The position numbers and the translations under genes were made by a program. This document shows positions 1 to 10,380 of a DNA stretch of 64,000 nt, piece by piece (the first letter of the stretch is position 1; every line of letters starts with the position of its first letter). The notes beneath the pieces are model-generated. The model did not search any database and was not told where the DNA came from. It saw only the letters and a list, made by a program, of their open reading frames with translations. Origin of the DNA: an uncultured Gemmatimonadales bacterium (lineage in GTDB: Bacteria; Gemmatimonadota; Gemmatimonadetes; Gemmatimonadales; GWC2-71-9); contig CAWCFX010000004.1 of the NCBI GenBank assembly GCA_963795085.1, positions 544,001 to 608,000 of the forward strand, written 5' to 3'.

Positions 1-2276
1 ATTCCGTTCCGCATCGCCTCCGCGATATAGGCGAAGGGATGGTAGAACCCGCCCCCGTTCGCCAGCACCGCGGCGAAGAACTCGGCGGGATGGTTGGCCC
101 GGAGATAACAGGAGTGCTGGGCCACCTGGATGTAGGAACAGGAGTGCCCCTTGCAGAAGCTGTAGCCGGCAAAGGACATCACCATGTTCCAGACCTTCTT
201 TGTGGTCTCCGGGTCGCGCCCCAGCGCCTCGGCGCCGGCGAAGAACTCCCCGGCATAGGCCACCAGGCGCTTGCCCGGTCGCTTGTGGGAGAGCGCCTTG
301 CGCAGCCCGTCCCCGCTGGACAGCGGCATCCCCGCGAAGGCGGCGCAGACGTTGACCACGTCCTCCTGGTAAACCATAACGCCGAAGGTTTCGCTCAGGG
401 TGTCGCGGAGTACCGGGTCGAGGGGCTCGTAGGGAGCGCCGTGGAGCCGCTCGAGATAGACCCGGATGTACTGGTTGGAGGCGGGACGGATGATGCTGGT
501 GTTGAGCACCAGCAGCTCGAAGGTGTTGGCCTGGCTCTTCTGGCAGAGCTGCCGCGAGGCGGGCGACTCGGTGTAGAACACGCCCATGGTCTGGCCGGTG
601 CGGAACAGCTCCCGGGTCTTCGGGTCGTCGCCCGCCTCCGACGAGGTGTAGTCGATCAGCGTGCCGGTGTGCTGGTGAACCGCACCGATGGCGTCGCGGA
701 TCACGGCCAATGAGCGGTTGCCCAGCAGGTCAATCTTGACCAGGCCGGCGTCTTCGGCCCCGTCCTTTTCGAACTGGATGACCGGCATCGTCAGGTCGGG
801 GTGTCCCTCCAGTGTCTTGACCGCGGGCTCGAGGGGGACGTAGTCGGTGAGCGCGCCCGGCACGATGACCACGCCGCCGGGGTGGAGCGACAGGTGCCGG
901 GGGATTCCCACCAGGGGCTCCGCCATGCGGGCCAGGTCGGCCCAGATACCGGGCAGTTCCAGGCTCCGGAAGTTGGGATGGCCCCGCATCATGTCCGCCA
1001 GGGTGGCATCGTCGTCTCCCCACCAGGGCAGCCGGCGGGTGACCTCGCGGATCTCGCCCGGCGGCCGGCCGTGGACCTTGGCGACCTCGCGGAGCGCGCC
1101 CCGAAGCCGGAAACAGTTGTGGTTGGCGACCATCGCGGCGCGGGGCCGGGGGTAACGACGAAAGACATAGGCCAGCACCTGGTCCCGCTCGTCCCAGGGA
1201 AAATCGAGGTCAATGTCCGGCGGGTCTTTCCGCTCCGGATTGAGAAACCGCTCGAAGAGAAGCCCCGCGCCCAGCGGCTCCACGTGGGTGATGCCGAGGC
1301 AGTAGCTGACCACCGAGTTGGCGACGGAACCGCGGCCGCAGTGAGTGGGGCCGTGCTGCACGATGTCGCGGACGACGAGGAAGTAATCGGCGAATCCCTT
1401 CATCTCGATAACCCGCAGCTCGTGCTCCAGCCGGTCGCGGGTGACCGGCGCGACGGTGCCATAACGGCGAGCCGCGCCCTCGTAGGCCAGTGCCCGCAAC
1501 TGCCCCATGGCATCTTCGTGTGCCGCCAGCCTGGGGGGGATGATTCGCCCCCGGGGAATCTGGTACCGGCACTCGTCGGCGATGGCCGCGGCGTTATGGA
1601 GTGCTTCGGGACAGTCGGGGAAGAGCCGGTCGAGGTCGGCGGCCGGCCGGAGCCAGGCCTCGCGCGGCGCCAGGCGGTCGGCCGGGCAGGCGGACAGGGC
1701 GGTGTTCAAGCTGATGGCGCGGAGCAGCCGGTGCCGTGACCAGTCTTCGGCGTTAGCAACCACTACGCCATTGGTGGCGACCGGTGGAAGGCCCAGCCGC
1801 CGCGCCGCCGCCAGCACCAGGTGGCGGTGTTTGCCGGGGACCAGCTCGGCATACAGGTTGTCGGGACCGCTCTCCTGGAGCAGGTGCTCCAGCAGCGCAA
1901 TGTCGGCGGAGAGGAGGGCCAGTCCCTCGCGGTCGGCGGCCAGGTGTCGCGCCAGCGAAAAACTCCCCGGCTCCCGTCCCCTGCCGCCCTGCCAGTGAAT
2001 CGCCGTGATCGCGCGGCAAAGTGCGGCCCAGCCGTGCTCGTCCCGGGCGAGGGCGACGGCTTCCTCGCCTCCGTGGACGAGATGGGCGCCCAGGATGGGA
2101 CGGATCCCCGCCGCCTCGGCGGCGTTCTGGAACTCGATGGCGCCATAGACCCCGTTGGTGTCGGTACAGGCGAGGGCGCTGAATCCCCGCGCAGCGGCAG
2201 CGGTGGCGAGAGCCTCCGGGCTGGAGGCGCCGATCCCGAAGGAGAAATGGGTGTGGACGTGGAGGTGGGTAAACAC
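1..2276 (-). CDS. dnaE2: Error-prone DNA polymerase III alpha subunit DnaE2 (3'-partial, runs off left edge)
   Basis: Absent from the ORF track because it has no stop in the window. Manual translation from GTG at 2276: MFTHLHVHTHFSFG...ACTDTNGVYG (PHP domain), CGRGSVANSVVSYCLGIT, FERFLNPERKDPPDIDLDF (catalytic Asps), KIDLLG, FAGYSFCKGH...NGGGFY. Start and distal motifs share a frame. Linked to an ImuB-like gene. Confidence 0.9.
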   Translation of the reverse strand, partial: MFTHLHVHTHFSFGIGASSPEALATAAAARGFSALACTDTNGVYGAIEFQNAAEAAGIRPILGAHLVHGGEEAVALARDEHGWAALCRAITAIHWQGGRGREPGSFSLARHLAADREGLALLSADIALLEHLLQESGPDNLYAELVPGKHRHLVLAAARRLGLPPVATNGVVVANAEDWSRHRLLRAISLNTALSACPADRLAPREAWLRPAADLDRLFPDCPEALHNAAAIADECRYQIPRGRIIPPRLAAHEDAMGQLRALAYEGAARRYGTVAPVTRDRLEHELRVIEMKGFADYFLVVRDIVQHGPTHCGRGSVANSVVSYCLGITHVEPLGAGLLFERFLNPERKDPPDIDLDFPWDERDQVLAYVFRRYPRPRAAMVANHNCFRLRGALREVAKVHGRPPGEIREVTRRLPWWGDDDATLADMMRGHPNFRSLELPGIWADLARMAEPLVGIPRHLSLHPGGVVIVPGALTDYVPLEPAVKTLEGHPDLTMPVIQFEKDGAEDAGLVKIDLLGNRSLAVIRDAIGAVHQHTGTLIDYTSSEAGDDPKTRELFRTGQTMGVFYTESPASRQLCQKSQANTFELLVLNTSIIRPASNQYIRVYLERLHGAPYEPLDPVLRDTLSETFGVMVYQEDVVNVCAAFAGMPLSSGDGLRKALSHKRPGKRLVAYAGEFFAGAEALGRDPETTKKVWNMVMSFAGYSFCKGHSCSYIQVAQHSCYLRANHPAEFFAAVLANGGGFYHPFAYIAEAMRNG

Positions 2277-2352
2277 GCGAACGATACCTTAAGTGTCATG
2301 CGTTTTTGCGCTCTGTTCAAAAACAGGATCTTGCCTAACTATGTGGCTGTGT

Positions 2353-2576
2353 AGACCCAGCCAGGTTGATCCACCCAGGCTCAGCTGGTTGATCAATACC
2401 AGGCCCAACGGTGATCTCTACCCGGCCCAGCGTGTTGATCACTATCCGGCCCAGCGTGTTGATCTCTATCCGGCCCAGCGTGTTGATCTCTACCCGGCCC
2501 AGCGTGTTGATCACTACCCGGCCCAGCGTGTTGATCACTATCCGGCCCAGCGTGTTGATCACTATCCGGCCCAGCG
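2353..2576. repeat. 24-bp tandem repeat array CCGGCCCAGCGTGTTGATC(A/T)CTA(T/C)
   Basis: Six near-identical units at 2422-2565, a partial unit at 2566-2576 and three degenerate units at 2353-2421. No unique spacers. Confidence 0.95.
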
Positions 2577-2652
2577 GGCCTGAATCCATGAGCCCAAGGC
2601 GGGAGCCTTGGGCTCGGGTATCAACCCAAATCCAGGCGGCCTGAAAGGCCGC
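2568..2652. repeat. REP-like hairpins left of tnpA
   Basis: GGCCC-AGC-GGGCC (2568-2580), AGCCCAAGGC-GGGA-GCCTTGGGCT (2591-2614), GCGGCCT-GAA-AGGCCGC (2636-2652). Confidence 0.75.
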
Positions 2653-2667
2653 GATACCCGTTCAAGC

Positions 2668-3119
2668 ATGCCGCAATCATTGTCCCGCATTCTCATTCAC
2701 ATGGTATTCAGTACCAAGCACCGTGCATCGGTACTCACGCCAGGAATCCGTGCGGAATTGCATCCCTATCTTGCCGCCGTCCTGACCAACAATGGCTGCC
2801 CCTCGCTGCGAGTTGGCGGCGTCGAAGATCATATCCATCTCTTCTTTGGCCTTCTCGCACGTTGACTGTTGCTCAAGTCGCAGAAATGGTCAAAACCAGT
2901 TCCTCCAAATGAATCAAGACCAAAGGCAGGGAGTTCAGCCAGTTTCATTGGCAAGGGGGATATGGAGCTTTCTCCGTGAGCGAGTCAGCCGCGGATGTCG
3001 TCATACGCTACATCAGGAAACAGCCGGAACATCACAAGCGACGGACTTACCAGGAGGAGTTCCGCAAGCTCCTCGGACATCACCATGTCACCTATGATGA
3101 GCGGTATGTCTGGGACTGA
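2668..3119 (+). pseudogene. tnpA: IS200/IS605-family (Y1 HUH, RAYT-like) transposase TnpA, disrupted
   Basis: MPQSLSRILIHMVFSTKHR...GGVEDHIHLFFGL (HUH motif). After a 1-bp frameshift near 2852 the reading continues RTLTVAQVAEMVKTSSSK*IK...FHWQGGYGAFSVS...YIRKQPEHH...YDERYVWD*. The in-frame TGA at 2910-2912 replaces the usual Trp. Confidence 0.88.
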
Positions 3120-3134
3120 TGATGTCGCCCGTCG

Positions 3135-3260
3135 CCCCGGCCCGATGGGCCGGGATGATGGATCACGCGCCGTTGGCGCGTTTCCGTGATCCGTGGGGCC
3201 ATCCCGCGCGACCCCGGCCCGATGGGCCGGGCTGACGAATCGCTCGCGCCGTTGGCGCGT
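3135..3260. repeat. Two copies of a REP-like double hairpin right of tnpA
   Basis: CCCGGCCC-GAT-GGGCCGGG...CGCGCC-GTT-GGCGCG at 3135-3181 and 3212-3260. Confidence 0.85.
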
Positions 3261-3302
3261 TGCTACTCGCGTGTCGCGGGCCTGTTTTCCGTATCCAGTT
3301 GC

Positions 3303-3869
3303 TCACCTGCGTTTCGCTCCCCGGCCTTGCTGCACCACCGCCCAGGCCGGCTTGAGCCGGGCGATGCGCCGGTACACCGGGCACTCCGGCGCGTGGGCGC
3401 CCCGCAGGTAGCCGATGCTCATCAGGAACTCGCCGACGATCTCTCCGCCGGTGAAGCGAAAGGTCTTCCTGAAGAGTGCCACCCATTCCTGTTTCGACCG
3501 GGGGTGGTGGGCCTCGAGCCATCCGGCAAAGGACCCGTGACTCTTCTGCAGTTCCAGGATGGTCTGCGCATTACTGATGGCCGCGTCGACCTTGAGGCGG
3601 TTCCGGATGACGCCCGGGTCTGCCAGGAGGCGGGCCCGGTCCCGGGCTCCAAATCGCGCCACTACCGCCGGGTCAAACCCCCGGTATGCCGAGCGGAACG
3701 ACTCTTGTTTTTTGAGGATCGTGAGCCAGGACAGACCCGCCTGGTTGATCTCCAGGACGAGACGCTCGAACAGCGCGGCATCGTCTCCGATGGGGAACCC
3801 GTACTGGGTGTCGTGGTACGGCCCGTGCCATTCATGGCCGGAAGCGATTTGACAATACGTGGTGGTCAT
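3303..3869 (-). CDS. tag: DNA-3-methyladenine glycosylase I
   Basis: YHDTQYG, LFERLVLEINQAGLSWLTILKK, GVIRNRLKV, FRFTG, C-terminal H...C zinc ligands. Confidence 0.93.
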   Translation of the reverse strand: MTTTYCQIASGHEWHGPYHDTQYGFPIGDDAALFERLVLEINQAGLSWLTILKKQESFRSAYRGFDPAVVARFGARDRARLLADPGVIRNRLKVDAAISNAQTILELQKSHGSFAGWLEAHHPRSKQEWVALFRKTFRFTGGEIVGEFLMSIGYLRGAHAPECPVYRRIARLKPAWAVVQQGRGAKRR

Positions 3870-3871
3870 AC

Positions 3872-3978
3872 CGAGTCATTGTGCGAAAGTGGCCTGCCCA
3901 ATCGTCGATCATAGTGCGAAGCGAGCCTACTCAATCTCGATCGAGTCATCGCGCGAAGTGAGCCTGCCCGATCTCGAA
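3872..3978. repeat. Three degenerate 34-37 bp tandem repeats
   Basis: Units at 3872-3905, 3906-3941 and 3942-3978; consensus approximately CGAGTCATnGTGCGAAGTGAGCCTGCCCAATCTCGA. Confidence 0.7.
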
Positions 3979-4086
3979 AGCACGAAATACCAAAAAACTC
4001 AGAGAACAGTACTGCTATCTGGTCGCGTTTTTCTTGCTTTCATCATTTATCGTCCGGCTGTCTCCGGCGGCCTTCCGAACTTTGCA

Positions 4087-5321
4087 TCAAGCCACGAGGC
4101 CAGCCGCTTTTCCCCGCACCAGTTTCCCCGCTCCCCAGCGAGTGGTGATGCGGTCAATGGCGGCCTGCAGGTTGCCCGGCGGGGTGTAGCGGACGGGGAC
4201 CTGCGCCGCGGAAGCGGGCCGGCGTTCACCCGCCTTGAGGAGGACATCAGACCAGAAGAGGTCCAGCTGCGATTCCTCTTCCACCAGGCGGTCAGCCCGG
4301 ACGGTGACCGTGCGGATCGCGACCGGCCGCGCCCTGGCCAGCGTGAACGCCCGGCGTGCGGCGTCCCACAACTCCACGTCCAGCAGGGCGGGGGCGAGGG
4401 CCAGCCCGTGACGGGCCGTCAGGTAATCGGTATAGCACAGTTCGATCACCACCCGCCGGGCCGCCAGGTGCCGGGCCCGCAGCCGGCGGCCCAGCCGCTC
4501 CGTCATCCGGCGAAGCAGGGTATGCAGCAGTCCCACATCGTTGCTGTCGCTTCCCAGCGTATGGCTCAACTCGAACTCGGCCCGCACGGCGGGCGGAAGC
4601 ACCGGGCGGGGATCAATGCCGCGGGCCCGGGTTACCAATTCGCGCCCCGGCCGCCCGAAGACCGAACAGGCCTGCTGCTCGGTCAGCGCCGCGACCTCGC
4701 CGATCAGGTCCAGCTGGTAATCGTCAAGCCGGGTCCGCATGGGCGCCGGCAGATCGGGCAGGAGTTCGACCTGGTGGGGCGCCAGGAAACCGGCCTCGTG
4801 ACCGGCTTGGACTTCCACCAACGGCTCGCCATCGCCGCCACCGTCTAGCCGGTCCGCCCGCACTGCCGCTTGGCTGACCAGCTTGTTGGTGGCCACCCCG
4901 ACGGTGAGGGGAAGCCGGATCCGGTCGCGGGTCTCCCGCTGGATCCGGTCCGCCAGGTCTGCGGCGGGGCCAAAGAGCCCGGCGGTGCCGCTCACATCGA
5001 GGAAGGCGTGGCCGTACCCCGCGGCTCGATGACCGGGGCATAGCAGCGAAGGACCTCGTGCAGCGCCCGCGATGCCCGGGCGTAGAGCTGGGGATTGGGC
5101 GGGAGAATCACCAGGTCGGGGCAGATTTTCCGGGCTCGGGGCAGGAGCATTCCTGGCCGGATGCCGGCCCGCCGGGCCTCCAAGGAAAGCGCCAGGACCG
5201 TGGCCCGGTCCGCCCCCGGGGGAGCGATCACGATGGGACGGCTCCGGAGCCCCGGCGCCGCCAATCCCTCTACCGTGGTACAGAAGGAAGGGGGGTCTAC
5301 ATAAAGAACGGCCCGGAGCAT
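4087..5321 (-). CDS. imuB: Y-family polymerase homolog, ImuB/DinB-like (probably catalytically inactive); frameshift at 5017-5020
   Basis: N-half is in ORF 4992..5375 from ATG 5321 (MLRAVLYVDPPSFCTTVE...RPIVI...EARRAGIRPGM...ARKICPDL). C-half is in ORF 4087..5385 (YGHAFLDVSG...VGVATNKLVS...ARGID...QLDLF clamp motif...AIDRITTRWG). One extra G in the GGGG run joins them. The DinB SIDEA motif reads GYGHA. Confidence 0.82.
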
Positions 5322-5375
5322 CTTCGGTCTTTCTTCGGTTATTCCGGAAGATATGCCTCCCGCCGCCGACGTCAA
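5322..5375 (-). promoter_or_regulatory. Sigma70-like promoter TTGACG-N16-TATCTT with downstream CCGAA-N6-CCGAA operator candidate
   Basis: -35 at 5375-5370, -10 at 5353-5348, CCGAA repeats at 5338-5334 and 5327-5323 next to the ATG. The same layout occurs at 16684-16738. Confidence 0.6.
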
Positions 5376-5503
5376 GGCTCAACACTTTTCCCCGGGACTG
5401 CTACTTTGAATCTCTGAAACGCAGTGGAATCTCCCGCCGTCTGACCGGTTACCTGGGCCCAGCTTTCCGGGGCCCGGCTCACTTTCACCGTGGACCTTCC
5501 TTC

Positions 5504-7128
5504 ATGACTGATCGCCGGGAATTTCTCAAGCTGGCCGGCCTCACGGCTGCCGCGGTCGCGGCGGACGGTGCGCTCCAGCGTGCCCTCGCTCAGGCCCGCC
5601 CCGCGGCACCCCGGGCTCCCACCATGGATCCCGCGACCCGGGAGCTGCTGATGGAGGCGCTCAACGCCGCCAAGCTATCGGGGGCGACCTACGCCGACGC
5701 CCGAATCGGCCGGCAGCGGCAGAGTTCGGTATCCACCCGCGAACGGCAGATCACCAATGTCTCCGACACCGAGACGATGGGCTGTGGCGTCCGCGCCCTG
5801 GTGGACGGCACCTGGGGCTTCGCGGCGACCCGCACCCTGACGAAGGAAGGCGTTGCCGTTGCCGCCCGCGAGGCCGCAGCCATCGCGAAGGCCAACCGGA
5901 TGGCCCGGGACCGCGCCGTGGAACTGCTCCCCTCGCCGGTCTACCAGGACGCCAGCTGGCAGAGTGCCTTCACTATCGACCCGTGGACCATCTCGGTCGA
6001 GGAGAAGGCCGACCTGCTGCTCCGGGCCAACGCCGAGGCGATCAAGGTGCCCAACGTCCAGTTCGTGAACAGCTCGCTGTTCTTGGTCAAGGACGAGCGG
6101 AACTACGCCAACACCGACGGCTCGGTCATCACCCAGTCGTTCATCCGGGTCTCGCCCAACTTCACCGCGACGGCGGTGGCGCCGGACCGCTCCGACTTCC
6201 AGCGCCGCTCGTCCGACATCGCGCCGATGGGCCGCGGCTGGGAGTATGTCCTCGAAAGCGACCTGGTGGGCAACGGGCCGGCAAGTGGGGCGAGGAGGCC
6301 GCCCAGAAGCTCTCCGCCACGCCCGGTGGAGGTGGGCCGCTACGACCTGATCCTGCATCCCTCGCACCTCTGGCTCACGATCCACGAGTCCATCGGCCAT
6401 CCCACCGAGCTCGACCGCGCCATGGGCTACGAGGCCAACTACGCCGGCACCAGCTTCATCGCGCCGCCGGACAAGATGCTCGGGCATTCTCAAGTACGGC
6501 CCCGAGTTCATGAACATCCAGGGCGACCGCTCGCAGGAGGGCGCCCTCTCCACGATCGGCTACGATGACGACGGGGTGAAGCCCGACGATTTCCTGATCG
6601 TGAAGAACGGCGTGTTCAACGACTACCAGACCACGCGCGAGCAGGCGCCCTGGCTCCGCTGGTGGTACGACCGGCAGGGCCAGCCCACGCGGTCGCACGG
6701 CTGCTCGTACGCCCAGAACTGGGCCAGTGTCCAGTTCCAGCGCATGCCCAACGTGTCGCTCCTTCCGGGCGAAGCCGACCACTCGTTCGAGGACATCATC
6801 GCCGCGACCGACCGCGGGATCGCCATCGTCGGCGACGGGTCATTCTCCATCGACCAGCAGCGCTACAACGCGCAGTTCGGCGGCCAGATGTTCCACGAGG
6901 TCCGGGGCGGCAAGATCGTCGGGATGCTGAAGGACGTGGCATACCAGATCCGCACGCCCGACTTCTGGAACTCGATGGACATGATCGGCGGTCGCCGGAG
7001 CTACCAGTTGGGCGGCACATTCTTCGACGGCAAGGGCCAGCCGGGCCAGAGCAACGCGCGTGAGCCACGGCTCGGTGCCGGCGCGCTTCCGCCAGGTCAA
7101 CGTGATCAACACCGGGAGGCGGGCATGA
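5504..7128 (+). CDS. tldD: TldD-family metalloprotease with twin-arginine signal; four apparent frameshifts
   Basis: MTDRREFLK (Tat), YADARI, GVRALVDGTWGFA, IHESIGHPTELDR (HExxGH), YDDDG, QRMPN, SFSIDQQRYNAQF, DGKGQPGQSN-VSHG. Frame breaks near 6275, 6322, 6484 and 7058. Reconstructed stop TGA 7126-7128 overlaps the next ATG. Confidence 0.85.
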
Positions 7129-8464
7129 GCGCCGGCATTCTTTCCCGCGAGGAGGCCCAGGCCCTGCTCGCCCGGGTCATCGGATACAGCAAGGCGGAGC
7201 GGATCCAGGCCGGGGTTAACAGCGGCCGGACCGCCAACACCCGCTTCGCCGCCAACCAGCTCTCCACCTCCGGCAGCGTGGAGAACGCGTCCCTCTTCGT
7301 CCGCAGCTGGTTCGGGGCCCGCAACGCCGGCTCCTCGACCAACGACTTTTCGGAGGAGTCGCTGCGCCGGGTGGTGGCCCAGTCCGAGACCCTCGCCCGG
7401 CTCGCCCCCGACGATCCCGAGGACATGCCGCTCCTCGGCCCCCAGACCTACGCCCCCGTCAGCGCCTATTTCGAGAGCACCGCGAACCTGACGCCGGCCG
7501 ATCGCGCGAGGGCGGCGATGACAGCCCTGGAAGCGAGCCGGTCGGCCGGCGACCTGGAATCGGCCGGCTTCATCGTGACCGGCGCCAGTGCGTCCGCGCT
7601 GGCCAACAGCGCCGGACTCTTCGCCTACCATCCCAGCACCGTTGCCAATTACACGCTCACCGTGCGGACCACCGACGGCACCGGGTCGGGCTGGGCCGGG
7701 GCGGACCAGAAGGACTGGACCAGGCTCGATTTCAACGCGGTGAGCGCCCGGGCCATCGACAAGGCGCGGGCCTCCCGGAACCCGGTGGCGATCGAACCGG
7801 GGCGGTACACGGTCATCATCGAGCCGCAGGCGGTGGGCGACCTGGTCCAGCTCATCCTGGGCTACGCCAGCGCCCGCTCCGCCGATGAAGGACGCAGCCC
7901 CTTCGTCAAGGAAGGCGGCGGCAACAAGATCGGCGAGAAGATCCTGGACGAACGGGTCAGCCTGGTCTCCGATCCCACCGATCCCGAACTCCTGGCCCAG
8001 CCGTTCGACGGCGAAGGCCTGCCGCTGGGCCGCCAGGTGTGGGTCGACAAGGGTACCCTGCGGCAGCTTTCCTATACCCGGTTCTGGGCCAGGAAGCAGG
8101 GCAAGACGCCGACCGGCGGAGCCTCGTCGGTGCGGATGGAAGGCGGGTCCTCCACGCTGGAGGAGATGATCGCCTCGACCGAACGGGGGGTGCTGGTCAC
8201 CCGGCTCTGGTATCTCCGCGAGGTAGATCCCCGGACGATCCTGTACACCGGTCTCACCCGTGACGGGACCTTCCTCATCGAGAACGGAAAGATCACCCGG
8301 TCGCTCCGGAACTTCCGGTTCAACGAGTCGCCGCTCTTCATGCTGAACAACCTGGAGGCCCTGGGCCGCCCGGTCCGCCTGGCCGGCACCGAGGCGGGCG
8401 GAAACATCGTGATGCCGCCGCTCAAGGTGCGCGACTTCAACTTCACCAGCCTCTCCGAGGCGGT

Positions 8465-8468
<4 letters not shown>
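7125..8468 (+). CDS. TldE/PmbA-family subunit
   Basis: MSAGILSREEA..., TRFAANQ, IEPGRYTVIIEPQAV, PFDGEG, TGLTRDGTFLIENG, NFRFNESP. No HExxH. ATGA overlap with tldD. Confidence 0.88.
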
Positions 8469-9432
<964 letters not shown>

Positions 9433-9436
<4 letters not shown>

Positions 9437-10380
9437 CTCCAATTCCTTCAATTCCTTCAATTCCTTCAATTCCCTCAATTCCCTCAATTCCCTCAATTCC
9501 TTCAATTCCCTCAATTCCCTCAATTCCCATGCTCCCCTACGGTCCCCTCCTCGACTCCCTCGCCGGCCTGCGCTGGCCCGCGCGGAGGGTGGCCGGAGCC
9601 GGTGCGTCGGGGATCCATCCATCCCGCCTGCGGGGAGCCACCTCGGATTTCACCGAGTACCGCCTCTACCGCCAGGGCGACGATTTCCGCCGGCTGGACT
9701 GGAAACTCCTGGCCCGGACCGACCGCGCCTACCTGCGCATCACCGACGACCACGCTGTTCGCACCACGCTGATCCTGCTCGATGCCTCAGCCTCCCTGGC
9801 CTTTCCCGCCGGGTCACTGGGCAAGTGGGTCCAGGCCCGCCGGGTGACGGTGGGATTGGCGGCGGTGGCGCGGAGTGGCGGAGACCCGGTCGGGCTGGTG
9901 GCGGCGGCCGCCCACGGGCTGGTCCGCCTGCCGCCCCGCTCCCGCCAGGGCACCATCGGGGAGATCGCGCGGGCCGTGGACGAGATCAGTCCCGCCGGCA
10001 GCACCGGCCTGGCCGGGGCGCTCGACCTGGTGCGCCCGGGGTGGCGCGTGGTAATCATCTCGGATTTCCTGGGAGACGAGGACGCCCTGCTGGCCGCCGC
10101 CGCGGCCCGCTCGGTGGCGGGGGCCGAGGTGTTTGCGCTGCATGTCGTGGCGGATGAAGAGACCGATCCGCCTGGCTCGGTGCGGCTGGCCACCGATCCG
10201 GAGCAACCCGGCCTGCAACGCGTGCTGCACGAGGAGGTTCGCGCCGGATACGTGGACGCCTTTGCGCAGTGGCGGTCGGCATTGGCGGGCCGCTGGCGCA
10301 GGGCTGGCCTCGAGTATGTCGAGATCCGCGACAGCGAGGACACCACCGCGGCCATCCGCAGGATCGTACGGCCGGCATGA
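9433..10380 (+). CDS. DUF58 (VWA-like) protein; start at GTG 9433 or ATG 9529
   Basis: GIHPSRLRG, DFTEYRLYRQGDDFRRLDWKLLART, LLDASAS (DxSxS), IISDFL. Confidence 0.9.
9440..9528. repeat. 9-bp tandem repeat CAATTCC(T/C)T x10
   Basis: Ten units read directly (last one truncated). In frame with the DUF58 gene they encode about (IPS)10. Confidence 0.97.

Noticed and set aside
39..2354. Long plus-strand ORFs 39..713, 801..1739 and 1821..2354
   Set aside because: Antisense shadows of dnaE2, typical of high-GC coding DNA.
2353..2576. CRISPR or guide-RNA array
   Set aside because: Units are contiguous with only two variable positions, there are no unique spacers, and no cas-like gene is in the window.
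2293..2644. Repeat-protein ORFs (YPAQRVDH)n, (INTLGRIV)n, (RPSVLIT)n
   Set aside because: Open frames on both strands are a by-product of a 24-bp unit lacking stops; no RBS or family support.
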